A stretch of 64,000 bases of DNA from a virus, in IMG/VR virus record IMGVR_UViG_3300017971_007886, positions 28,967 to 92,966 of that record. One strand, written 5' to 3'. The translations under genes were made by a program, and so were the position numbers. Positions within the stretch are counted from its first letter, which is position 1. Each line of letters starts with the position of its first letter. Shown one piece after another: positions 8,456 to 17,005 of this stretch. The notes beneath the pieces are model-generated. The model did not search any database. It was not told the origin of the DNA and worked only from the letters and a program-made list of their open reading frames with translations.

Positions 8456-10531
8456 ATGACGCGAATCTACCTTGCCGGTGCGGAGAGTGGTCCGCTCTCA
8501 GATGAGCTAGAAGAGAACAACGTCAAGCACATCCTCTACTCCTATTTCTGGTTGTCGAAGAAGGATCGGGAGAGGGTGATGGTCGAACGCATAAAACGAG
8601 GTCGGGAGAATGGTATCAAATACCTGCTCGACTCGGGTGCGTTCACCTACCTCGATGCCCAACAGGCGGGCTCGCGACTCCCCTTCAACGTCTACAAGAA
8701 GAGGTACTTTGACTTCATTGCCAAGCACGGTGAGTTGTTCGAGGCGTGCGCGGAACTCGATGTCGAAGGTGCTGAGATAGACGGGATGGGTACAATCTCC
8801 CTCGACCAGGTGTGGCACTGGCGACAACAGATGTTCGAGGCTAACCCGAAAGCCACCATCATGCCCGTCTGGCACTTCGGTACTCGTACCCAAGAAGAGT
8901 GGAACACGCTTTGTGAAGATCCTCTCGTCACCTACCTTGGAATCGGAAGTACCCACAGCGGCGCAGTCTTCAATCAAGAAGGAGTATTCCACAGGCTCAT
9001 TGCGAAGGCCCATGCCCACGGCAAGCGGGTACACGGAATGGCCGCGACCAAGGTGAAGACGCAGTTGAAGAAACTCAAGTTCGACAGCGTAGACAGCGCC
9101 TCCTGGCTATCTGCCCAGAAGTTCGGTACGACGTTCATCTTCAAAAACGGGCAATGGATAGTTCTGGACAAGTACAAGAAGAACCAACGCAGAATCCATC
9201 GACGCCACTTCACCAAGATCGGCGTGGACTACCAAAAACTCGAAGCAGACAAGAGTAGCGAATTACGCCATGCAGCGATATTGGCGTGGAGAGACCTGGG
9301 AGAGTGGCTGATGAAGAAACGGGCCAAGATGCACCAAGACCTGGAAGACCAAATTGCGGCTACACCTCAAGTAGACCCAGAAGTGCCACAGGAGAAGAAA
9401 GTGCCAGCTACGAAGAAGGCCAAGAAGTCCAAAAACAAGGTACCAATCAAGGTACCCGCAAAGGTACTTTCAGGGGTACCGGCACCCCAAAAACCACCTC
9501 GCGGGAAGGCAAAATCGAGTGGTGAAGTCTTCAAAATACCGTGTCCCAGTTTTGGACAAAAAGCAGACGACGGTGCGGTAAAAAGGGGCCGAAGGGGTCG
9601 AAAACGCACATTTGCGCGGACCCCAATTACGACCAGCTCGCGGGATGGAAAACAGACTCCCAAGGTCAACGATAAAGCCACTTCTATGGATAAGGGAGAC
9701 CCTACAGAAAAGGCCCCTGATAAAGGTACCCCGTATCTCGAAGAGGTACCCCAACCTACGCTACCCCAGGAGCCAGTGTCTCAGGACGCACTTGCTACGG
9801 TAGAGCAGCCAGATAGCACACTTCCTACCTGGAAACGCCCTGATTATCTACACAAGACCGAGAAGCAGAGGTCGCTACTCCATGATCTACCACAACTGAA
9901 GTGTGGGCTGTGCTCCATAGGTACTGATTGCCCGTCCTATGATGAGTCACTACAACAGTGTGCCTTTGCTGAAAGGCTCAATGCGTTTCCAGTACGTGAT
10001 GCGGACAATCTACTGGGTGCTATGGAGTACATTGTAGATGTCAACAAGTCGCGGCTATGGAAACTACTTCTCATGGAGAACATGATCGAAGGCGGTATGC
10101 CAAGCGAACGTGCTACGCAACTTTCTGAGATTGTACTGAACCAGCTCGAACGGCTCAGAGAACAAAGAACCATGATGGAAGGCGCTGCTGTGAAAGTCAA
10201 TTCTGGACCCGGTATTCTAAGCTCCATATTTGGGGTCTCTGGAAGGGGGTCTGTGGGGGGTACGGCAGTACAGGTAAATATACAGAACGCCCCAGCTCGC
10301 GGCGCAGATGTACGTGATGATAATCCTGCCAATAGTGGGATTGTAGTGGAAGCACAGACAGTACCCCATAATGTACCTACAGAAGAGGGTACCCCTACTG
10401 CGGCTACTGATGCGCAAGTAGTAGAAGCTGAAACAGAGAATGAAGTACCTAGTTCTGGCGAATCAGGTAGCAAAGCTGACACAGGTACCACAGGAGAGGA
10501 CGCCCCCTCGGGCAAGGGGGTGGGGGGTTAA
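8456..10531 (+). CDS. TGT/DpdA-like guanine transglycosylase fused via a disordered linker to a Cys-cluster/helical C-terminal domain
   Basis: TGT-barrel motifs LLDSGAFT, ELDVE, MPVWH, LGIG, VHGMA, DSVDSASW; C-terminal CGLCSIGTDCPSY...C; queC genes nearby. Confidence 0.7.
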   Translation: MTRIYLAGAESGPLSDELEENNVKHILYSYFWLSKKDRERVMVERIKRGRENGIKYLLDSGAFTYLDAQQAGSRLPFNVYKKRYFDFIAKHGELFEACAELDVEGAEIDGMGTISLDQVWHWRQQMFEANPKATIMPVWHFGTRTQEEWNTLCEDPLVTYLGIGSTHSGAVFNQEGVFHRLIAKAHAHGKRVHGMAATKVKTQLKKLKFDSVDSASWLSAQKFGTTFIFKNGQWIVLDKYKKNQRRIHRRHFTKIGVDYQKLEADKSSELRHAAILAWRDLGEWLMKKRAKMHQDLEDQIAATPQVDPEVPQEKKVPATKKAKKSKNKVPIKVPAKVLSGVPAPQKPPRGKAKSSGEVFKIPCPSFGQKADDGAVKRGRRGRKRTFARTPITTSSRDGKQTPKVNDKATSMDKGDPTEKAPDKGTPYLEEVPQPTLPQEPVSQDALATVEQPDSTLPTWKRPDYLHKTEKQRSLLHDLPQLKCGLCSIGTDCPSYDESLQQCAFAERLNAFPVRDADNLLGAMEYIVDVNKSRLWKLLLMENMIEGGMPSERATQLSEIVLNQLERLREQRTMMEGAAVKVNSGPGILSSIFGVSGRGSVGGTAVQVNIQNAPARGADVRDDNPANSGIVVEAQTVPHNVPTEEGTPTAATDAQVVEAETENEVPSSGESGSKADTGTTGEDAPSGKGVGG

Positions 10532-10595
10532 GCACTCGCACCTTAGAAGTAGGGGCTCAGTGATCTACAGAATAAGCAAAAAGCTAGGAGGGCAC

Positions 10596-11015
10596 ATGCC
10601 GAAATCGGGCGGGACATCGAGGGAGAGTGAGCGGGGAGACCTCAGCTCACTTTCGACGACGGGTCAGGTACTCAAAAATGAATCGCTACGCGAAGCGTTG
10701 GCCTCCTGGGAGCATCATCGGTGGGCGTCCTGGCAGGGGTACTTCCATGGAAAATGTGAGCGACAGCCTGACGGCTCCCTGGTGATCCCAGCGGAGTACG
10801 TGCGGGCCTTGGGCAGGTTGATGTACCTGGCCTATTCGGAGTTGACCGAGGAGGAGAAGGGGCTGGACCGCAAGGAAGCAGACCGGATCATCGCGATTGT
10901 GGAGACGTACCTGGGTGGGCAAGTGACCGAGGGTCGCGGGAGGGTCGAAAGTGGGTCGGATCAGGGTCAAATGAGCCCCTGGCGAGGTACCGTCCCCAAA
11001 AGTACCCCAAAATGA
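10596..11015 (+). CDS. conserved phage hypothetical protein
   Basis: AGGAGG RBS; LASWEHHRWASWQ...YSELTEEEKGLDR pattern. Confidence 0.65.
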   Translation: MPKSGGTSRESERGDLSSLSTTGQVLKNESLREALASWEHHRWASWQGYFHGKCERQPDGSLVIPAEYVRALGRLMYLAYSELTEEEKGLDRKEADRIIAIVETYLGGQVTEGRGRVESGSDQGQMSPWRGTVPKSTPK

Positions 11016-11031
11016 CCGCTAGGAGAGCAAA

Positions 11032-11286
11032 ATGAGCAGACATCCGATTGGTGAGTACCTACTCGTTGAGAAGTTGCAGAGGGAAGCAAACCGCAAAACG
11101 GACCAGTGGAAGGTCTACGGACTGCACGACAACCTACTGGGCTTGATCAAGTGGTTTGGCCGGTGGCGTCAGTACACGTTCTTTCCGGCTGCGGGTACCG
11201 TTTTCAATAGTACCTGCCTACTGGACCTCAAAATGCACCTCGATTGGGTGAACAAGGAGTGGCGGGAGGCGAAACGCAATGGGTGA
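11032..11286 (+). CDS. hypothetical protein
   Basis: AGGAG RBS; LGLIKWFGRWRQYTFFP..FNSTCL motif. Confidence 0.75.
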   Translation: MSRHPIGEYLLVEKLQREANRKTDQWKVYGLHDNLLGLIKWFGRWRQYTFFPAAGTVFNSTCLLDLKMHLDWVNKEWREAKRNG

Positions 11287-11518
11287 CATCACGTACTTGG
11301 GTACCTGCAAGGGGAACAACCTGCGGGAAGCGGCGGATATGGCGGATCAAGGTGACATCACCCACGCAGTAGTCGCGTACCGGACAGAAGGGGGAGAACT
11401 CAAGTACCGGCTGATCGGGGAAGAAGACCTGACGTACCTGATCGGCCTGTTGGAACGCACGAAGGTACACATGCACTGTTCGGCGGCCTACGTGATACCC
11501 GGCGGGGAAGGAGAATAG
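11279..11518 (+). CDS. hypothetical protein
   Basis: GGAGG RBS, overlapping junctions. Confidence 0.7.
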   Translation: MGDITYLGTCKGNNLREAADMADQGDITHAVVAYRTEGGELKYRLIGEEDLTYLIGLLERTKVHMHCSAAYVIPGGEGE

Positions 11519-12028
11519 ATGGCAAAGAGAGCGAAACAGGATGTGACACTACGATCACACCAGTACGACGGCAGCGGGTGGGGTACAGGTACCACCTTGG
11601 CGGATCTACAAGACGAGCGGCCCGCAAAGAAGTACCGCCCGCAAGGAGACAAAGCCACCTTGCCGGTCGCGAAAAACCCAGGACGCATTGAGAATCGTAC
11701 CCCACTCCCAGATCGTACCGCCGAATACTGTTGTCAAGGGTGCAAGAACCCACTAGCGGCGCGGGAGGTCAATATACTCCTGGCTATCGAGAATCAGCCG
11801 CGAAGATTTTGTTGCTGGCCCTGTTTCGTCGCATGGGTGAATGACCCCGATAGCGCCCTCAACCAAAATTTGGACCAAAAGCCCGCTCTGTACCAAGTGC
11901 CCATGTACCCCTCTCACTCAAAAAACTGCCCCATTTGTCCAGATGAGCAAATTGACCATCAAACAGTCCCGAGTGTGAAGATGATCAAAAAGACCAAGCA
12001 GCCCAAAAGTAGGAGAAAGACCAAATGA
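11519..12028 (+). CDS. TRASH/MYM-like zinc-binding protein
   Basis: CQGC ... FCCWPC; basic C-terminus. Confidence 0.6.
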   Translation: MAKRAKQDVTLRSHQYDGSGWGTGTTLADLQDERPAKKYRPQGDKATLPVAKNPGRIENRTPLPDRTAEYCCQGCKNPLAAREVNILLAIENQPRRFCCWPCFVAWVNDPDSALNQNLDQKPALYQVPMYPSHSKNCPICPDEQIDHQTVPSVKMIKKTKQPKSRRKTK

Positions 12029-12402
12029 GCCCGAAACTACTCGCAGACGCGCTAGTTGCCGCTGACGTAGTACAGCCAGAGAACCACCCCGATTCGGTTG
12101 AGCGACGGCAACTCGTCAAAGGGTGGATCAAGGCCATACGGTGGGTGTGGAAGCAACCGAAGAGTTGGGTGTACCAGACGTGGGAGCCCAACAAAGACCG
12201 CAGACCACCATATCCGCCTCCGAAGTTCCTCGACGAGCATCGCGTCCGAATGGTCTCCTTCGCGTTTTACCGTGGGAAGGACGGTGCGCCCTACTTGGGC
12301 GATATTCGCATGGCCCTCGAATCGATCAACATCGCTGATCAACAGTACATCTGCGATGCGGTCGCATCTCACTATGAGACGTGGGAGACCAAGAATGGAT
12401 AG
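12025..12402 (+). CDS. hypothetical protein
   Basis: AGGAG RBS, ATGA overlap. Confidence 0.7.
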   Translation: MSPKLLADALVAADVVQPENHPDSVERRQLVKGWIKAIRWVWKQPKSWVYQTWEPNKDRRPPYPPPKFLDEHRVRMVSFAFYRGKDGAPYLGDIRMALESINIADQQYICDAVASHYETWETKNG

Positions 12403-12688
12403 GCGGTATCATCTCGCTCCCTGCGCCATCAAGCCGAATGGCGAGATTTGGGAGCATCCCACTTTTCGGTATGTGGTGCCCGAAGCGGAGCTGGCCTTCA
12501 AGTACCCTCATCGGAACTTTCGGTATGCGAAGGCTGGGGACTACATCGGCCTAGTTCTGTCCAGTACCGGCACGAAAGTAGATTTCCAGATCACCACCAA
12601 CCACCCAAACATGACCGACCCGGCTTGGTTGAAGCGGGTCACTTTCATAACCAGAGTGATTGCAGTCCAAGACAAAGGAGAGTTCTGA
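12395..12688 (+). CDS. hypothetical protein
   Basis: GGAG RBS, overlapping junctions. Confidence 0.6.
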   Translation: MDRRYHLAPCAIKPNGEIWEHPTFRYVVPEAELAFKYPHRNFRYAKAGDYIGLVLSSTGTKVDFQITTNHPNMTDPAWLKRVTFITRVIAVQDKGEF

Positions 12689-12918
12689 TGCCACGCAAGA
12701 TTGACAATGACCACCAGTTGAGGCGAGCCCCGCACAGTACCAAGAAGGTCAAGAGGGGAAGACAGGTCGAACTCAAGTCGGCTGTGAAGGTGAGCGACCC
12801 GGTGATGTTGTCCGAGATGCTTGCCTCCATCGCCAACGACGAGCGCCTTGAGGCCGACATCCAGTTGCTTCCCGGTACCTACGTCATCACGGCCATCGTG
12901 GACGTGAAGAGTTTGTGA
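12688..12918 (+). CDS. hypothetical protein
   Basis: AAGGAG RBS, TGATG coupling. Confidence 0.65.
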   Translation: MPRKIDNDHQLRRAPHSTKKVKRGRQVELKSAVKVSDPVMLSEMLASIANDERLEADIQLLPGTYVITAIVDVKSL

Positions 12919-13424
12919 TGCCTGGCATCTGGGACCAAGTAGAGGCCCTTGTGGCAGAAGGGAAGGGTGCGACGATCACGTTGACCGAGGCGCACGAGGT
13001 CAAGATCCCGTACCAGCGAAAGAAGCTCCCGAAGAAGTACGTCCACAAGGACCGTCCATGGGAAACCTACGACGGTTGCACGCGAGGGACAGGCCGCCCT
13101 CGGTGCCAATGGAAAGGGTGCAACACCTACCTGAAGAAAGATCAACCGGTGGCGTGCTGCATCGAACACGAACAGAAGATTGCCGACTACTGCATACGGA
13201 TGTTGGCCGTGATACGGTACCGTATAGTGGATCGGTTGGACGACTACGACGAGTTGCTTCACGGTGACTCGGTGGTAGCCAAGTTCTTGGAGGAATTGAA
13301 AGATGGCACACTACTTAACGTCAATGGAAACTCTCAACCTCCTTCAGCAGGAGACGAAGGAGGACCAGAAGAGGAACCAACGGAGACAGCAAGCGATAGC
13401 CCTGGTGTCGAGGACGACGGGTAG
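12915..13424 (+). CDS. Cys-containing hypothetical protein
   Basis: CQWKGC...ACCIEH; coupled to upstream stop. Confidence 0.65.
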   Translation: MMPGIWDQVEALVAEGKGATITLTEAHEVKIPYQRKKLPKKYVHKDRPWETYDGCTRGTGRPRCQWKGCNTYLKKDQPVACCIEHEQKIADYCIRMLAVIRYRIVDRLDDYDELLHGDSVVAKFLEELKDGTLLNVNGNSQPPSAGDEGGPEEEPTETASDSPGVEDDG

Positions 13425-13557
13425 GCCCCAGCACGACTTCGGTGCGCGTGATTGGGCCTTGGTCCAAGCGCATGAACAACGAATGGAGAAGGCCGACAAA
13501 CCACCGGCCCCTCGCAGGGCCACGTTCTCCATCGACCCGAGCGGGAGAGCCGTATGA
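13303..13557 (+). CDS. hypothetical protein (overlaps upstream gene by ~120 nt)
   Basis: GGAGG upstream; ATGA overlap with YkgJ gene. Confidence 0.45.
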   Translation: MAHYLTSMETLNLLQQETKEDQKRNQRRQQAIALVSRTTGRPQHDFGARDWALVQAHEQRMEKADKPPAPRRATFSIDPSGRAV

Positions 13558-14132
13558 AGATCGAAGCTGACAGACCTGAACGAGTCCTAGCCAACTTGCG
13601 TGGGATTGAGATTGACCCAGAAACAGATGCAGCCAAGATCAAGTGGTCTCACTACGAAGGCACTCCGGGTGGTGGAGTGATCGAGGTGGTCGAGGAGCAC
13701 ACCTACACGTTCGATGACCCCGTACTTCGCGGGATCACGAAAGAGCTTCACGACTACCTGGTCGAGTGTATCGAGAGGGACGAGCAACAGCCTCACGAGG
13801 AGAACTCGTGTGAGACGTGTACGACTCAGAACTGCTGTTCGAGCGACTTCTCAGAACCACTGTGGTTGACCCAGAGCGACATCGAAATGTTGGAGCTGGA
13901 TGACGACCAGGTGTGTTTCCTCGGTGAAGGCCACTGGGCCGGAAAGGGAGGTGGCAGTTGGGATGGGAATGACGATCCAGCGTGCAGCGACATCATTGGG
14001 TACATGGTCCGTGATCCGTGGTGCCCTCTTCTCGAAAATGGGAAGTGCTCGAAGTATGGTGTTCGCCCGCTTTCGTGCCGACTTGGCCCAGAGCGGAATT
14101 GCGGAATCAAAGACCTAGATAAGGAGACCTGA
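13554..14132 (+). CDS. YkgJ-family (CxxCxxCC) Fe-S/Zn cluster protein, related to FliB
   Basis: CETCTTQNCC, LTQSDI, WCPLLENGKCSKYGVRPLSCR match the YkgJ pattern. Confidence 0.8.
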   Translation: MKIEADRPERVLANLRGIEIDPETDAAKIKWSHYEGTPGGGVIEVVEEHTYTFDDPVLRGITKELHDYLVECIERDEQQPHEENSCETCTTQNCCSSDFSEPLWLTQSDIEMLELDDDQVCFLGEGHWAGKGGGSWDGNDDPACSDIIGYMVRDPWCPLLENGKCSKYGVRPLSCRLGPERNCGIKDLDKET

Positions 14133-14134
14133 TC

Positions 14135-14833
14135 ATGGCAACAGTCGCGTACAGCGGTGGGATCGACAGCACCGTCCTCATGTACGAGTTGGCCTCTCAA
14201 GGCCGCCTCAACCTGGCGGTACTCTGCAACTTCGGACAGCCATCGTTTGATCGACAGCTTCGTTGTGCGGAGTATCAGATCGCCAAACTCGAAGAGCATG
14301 GCGTGGATGTCCACTTCCGGGTGGTGGAGTTCAAGACGCCCGAGGAGTTCCAGGTCAAGGAGGCTTCTCCGTTCTTCTCGATGCGGCCTCTGAACCCACT
14401 GGCCAAGGCACCAAAGAAAATGAAGGACGCCATCGCGTATCGACTCGATAACTTCGCCATCACCCCAGGACGGAACGCTTTCATGGTCTTGATGGTTGGG
14501 ATGGTCGCGGCGGCCTTGGAGACGAACCCGGCAGTGGTCACGGCGTACCAGTACGAACAGGACATCTGGGATACGCAGGACACCATCTCAGGGGACGAGT
14601 CGCCCTCGTTCTGGTTGAAGATGGGCATGGTTTTGGAGACGGCCTTCGAGGTACCTGTGGCGCTTGAGAACCCGTTCTTGGATCGTCATTGGGACAAGGA
14701 GCGCATCATCCGTGAGGGTATCGAGTACGGAATCGACTTCGCACACACGATGTCCTGCGAATTTGAGGAGCCCTGCGGCGAGTGCGCCCAGTGCCAACTG
14801 GTCAAGAAGACGGTTGCCAAAACCAGGGGCTAG
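14135..14833 (+). CDS. divergent QueC-like PP-loop ATP pyrophosphatase
   Basis: YSGGIDS, NFGQ, TPGRN, ENPF, TMSCEFEEPCGECAQC; lacks YPDC and the Arg after the last Cys. Confidence 0.8.
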   Translation: MATVAYSGGIDSTVLMYELASQGRLNLAVLCNFGQPSFDRQLRCAEYQIAKLEEHGVDVHFRVVEFKTPEEFQVKEASPFFSMRPLNPLAKAPKKMKDAIAYRLDNFAITPGRNAFMVLMVGMVAAALETNPAVVTAYQYEQDIWDTQDTISGDESPSFWLKMGMVLETAFEVPVALENPFLDRHWDKERIIREGIEYGIDFAHTMSCEFEEPCGECAQCQLVKKTVAKTRG

Positions 14834-14958
14834 AACGTAATATGGAGTCTGAACATGGCGTGCGGGCTCTTGGAGCGAAAACGTAGACCTCCAATCCCAG
14901 GCCAAAACTGAGCTGGAGTCAAAACAACAACCTCCACTCAAACAGAAGGAGATGCCAA

Positions 14959-15072
14959 ATGGCACGAGGAAAGAAGAGAGCCTACAAAATGACCACCAAG
15001 GGCAAGCGAACCAAGGCGTTCAAGCCCCTCTTCGGAAAGAAGAAGGTCAAGGGCGGCAAGGGCGGCAAGTAG
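14959..15072 (+). CDS. 37-aa Lys/Gly-rich micropeptide 1 (MARGKKRAYKMTTKGKRTKAFKPLFGKKKVKGGKGGK)
   Basis: GAAGGAG 7 nt before ATG; paralogous to next peptide with mostly synonymous differences; below ORF-track cutoff. Confidence 0.85.
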   Translation: MARGKKRAYKMTTKGKRTKAFKPLFGKKKVKGGKGGK

Positions 15073-15075
15073 GTC

Positions 15076-15186
15076 ATGGCCCGTGGGAAGAAGACGCTGG
15101 TGAAGCGTCTCAAGACCAAGGCCGGGGCCGTACTGCGCCGACTCTTCGGCAAGAAGAAGGTCACGGGAGGTAAAGGCGGCAAGTAG
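15076..15186 (+). CDS. 36-aa Lys/Gly-rich micropeptide 2 (MARGKKTLVKRLKTKAGAVLRRLFGKKKVTGGKGGK)
   Basis: Starts 3 nt after peptide 1 stop; same N- and C-terminal motifs. Confidence 0.85.
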   Translation: MARGKKTLVKRLKTKAGAVLRRLFGKKKVTGGKGGK

Positions 15187-15212
15187 CGCCTGAACCAAAC
15201 GTGGGCTGCTCT

Positions 15213-15252
15213 TGGTAGTTCTGACGCCGAGACTTGAGAACTGCCGCTTTCC
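15213..15252 (+). terminator. hairpin between peptides and terL (possible terminator/attenuator)
   Basis: GGTAGTTCT ... AGAACTGCC 9-bp stem followed by GCTTTCC. Confidence 0.35.
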
Positions 15253-15268
15253 CGATTAAGAAGATGCC

Positions 15269-17005
15269 ATGTTCAATGACCAAGTTGCTGCCCAAGATAC
15301 CCAACCCGAGTTACTGAGAACCTGCCCCCTCACAGACAAAGAGCTGATCGACAAGGTTCTGATCTTCGTCGAGGAGTTCACGCGACCAAAGCGCGTCGGT
15401 AAGGCAGACCTCTACACCTACCAGAAGGTGTTCGCCCGCCGCATCATCGAATCGGTGGTACTGGCCGAAGGCGACACCATCACTGCTCTCTTCTCTCGAC
15501 AGGCCGGAAAGACTCAGACCGTTGCCGACGTTGCGGTCTCGCTTTGCGTCATCCTCCCTGTCTTGGCCCGAGAGTTCCCCGACGACACCCGGCTCAAGTC
15601 GTTCTCTGCCGGGTTCTGGGTCGGTATCTTCGCACCAGTCATGGACCAGGCAGGTATCTCGTTCAGTCGCATGAGAGCCCTGGCCTCCTCACCAGAGGGT
15701 GAGGCTGTGTTCCGTGACCCAGAGATCAACATCGAGTTGACCACTGACCGTGGCGATGAGCTTGGGTGGAGTACCGGTAGCGTGGTGCGATCCAAGTCTG
15801 CGAGCCCTGACACACAGATCGAGGGCAAGACCTACCACCTCATCCTCTGCGACGAGGCCCAGAAGCTCCTTCGGTCCAAGGTCGAAAAAGAGATCATGCC
15901 GATGTTGGCCGCGACCGCAGGTACGATGGTCAAGATCGGTACTGCCTGGGAGAGTCGCGGCGGCTTCCATACAGACATCCAGTACAACGTTCAAGCGTAC
16001 AGCGACGGTGGCAGACGGAACCATTTCGAGTTCGACTACAAGATGGTGCTCGCGGAGAAGCGGGCGGCCTACGACCGGGATGGTAACCCGTTCCACCTGA
16101 ACTACGAGAAGTACATCGAGAAGCAGATCAAGCGACTCGGCGGCACTGAGAATGAAGAGTTCAAGATGAACTTCATGCTCAAGTGGTTGGAGAGTCGTAT
16201 CATCGCCATCAAGGCATCGACCCTCATGGCCGGTCGAGAGAAGCGCCACATTGGCGAGCTGCCCATGCCGAGGAATGGTCATGTCCTGGTTGCGGGGCTC
16301 GACGTTGCGAAGTCGAACGACAGTACCGTCCTTACGCTCACCGACATAGACTTGGACAATCCCATCGTGGACATCTCCAAATACGGCACACCTCACGACA
16401 AGATCGGTACCATCCAGGGAGAGAGCGAGCAGAACTACTTCTACATGAAGCGAGTGGTCGCGTGGTTGGAGTTGCAAGGGACGTTCGAGGGTGACACTGG
16501 CCAGTACCAACGTGTGCTCGACTTCCTGATGAGGTTCCCTCCTTTGTCCATGTTCCTTTGCGACGCGACTGGCATGGGCGATCCCGTGTACGAGCGGTTC
16601 ACGGTGTTGCTACCTGACATCGACGTTCAGCCGTTCAAGTACAGCGCCCCCTCGAAGTCCGACCTCTACAAATACTACCTGCAAGAGTGGTCCTCTCGTC
16701 GGTTCAAGTATCCTGCCGATGCCGCTGCTCAAGAAACGCCTGAGTTCCAGAAGTTCGAGACACAGCATTTGGACCTAGACAAAATCTCCTCTGGCAACTA
16801 CATCTCGTGCGTAGCCCCCGAAGATGAGCATGACGACTACCCGGACTCGGCGGCCCTGGCGTGTTGGGCCGAGAAGATTCTCAAGAAAGACGCTATGCCA
16901 TTTATCGAAGTGAGTGGTGTACCTGATGGTGGAGCGCGTGATAGGAGTCAGCAATCCTCCGGTTATAGTAACCGGCAGATGCGGTACATGAGAGGACGAA
17001 GATGA
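15269..17005 (+). CDS. terL: terminase large subunit
   Basis: Q-motif LYTYQ, Walker A SRQAGKT, Walker B LILCDEAQ, nuclease GLDVAK/DST, CDATGMG, HDDYPDS. Confidence 0.95.
   Translation: MFNDQVAAQDTQPELLRTCPLTDKELIDKVLIFVEEFTRPKRVGKADLYTYQKVFARRIIESVVLAEGDTITALFSRQAGKTQTVADVAVSLCVILPVLAREFPDDTRLKSFSAGFWVGIFAPVMDQAGISFSRMRALASSPEGEAVFRDPEINIELTTDRGDELGWSTGSVVRSKSASPDTQIEGKTYHLILCDEAQKLLRSKVEKEIMPMLAATAGTMVKIGTAWESRGGFHTDIQYNVQAYSDGGRRNHFEFDYKMVLAEKRAAYDRDGNPFHLNYEKYIEKQIKRLGGTENEEFKMNFMLKWLESRIIAIKASTLMAGREKRHIGELPMPRNGHVLVAGLDVAKSNDSTVLTLTDIDLDNPIVDISKYGTPHDKIGTIQGESEQNYFYMKRVVAWLELQGTFEGDTGQYQRVLDFLMRFPPLSMFLCDATGMGDPVYERFTVLLPDIDVQPFKYSAPSKSDLYKYYLQEWSSRRFKYPADAAAQETPEFQKFETQHLDLDKISSGNYISCVAPEDEHDDYPDSAALACWAEKILKKDAMPFIEVSGVPDGGARDRSQQSSGYSNRQMRYMRGRR

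Noticed and set aside
14952-15173. 73-aa + strand ORF from the track (MPNGTRKEES...)
   Set aside because: Its ATG abuts the SD with no spacer. The alternative frame gives two paralogous peptides with proper RBS spacing and synonymous divergence.
14959-15186. Peptides as true histones or ubiquitin-like modifiers
   Set aside because: They are too short for a histone or beta-grasp fold and end in GGK rather than GG. The resemblance is limited to tail-like motifs and may be convergent.
14834-15268. Possible preQ1 riboswitch near the queC-like gene
   Set aside because: A hairpin exists at 15213-15244, but I see no preQ1 loop consensus or A-rich tail. An Rfam scan would settle it.
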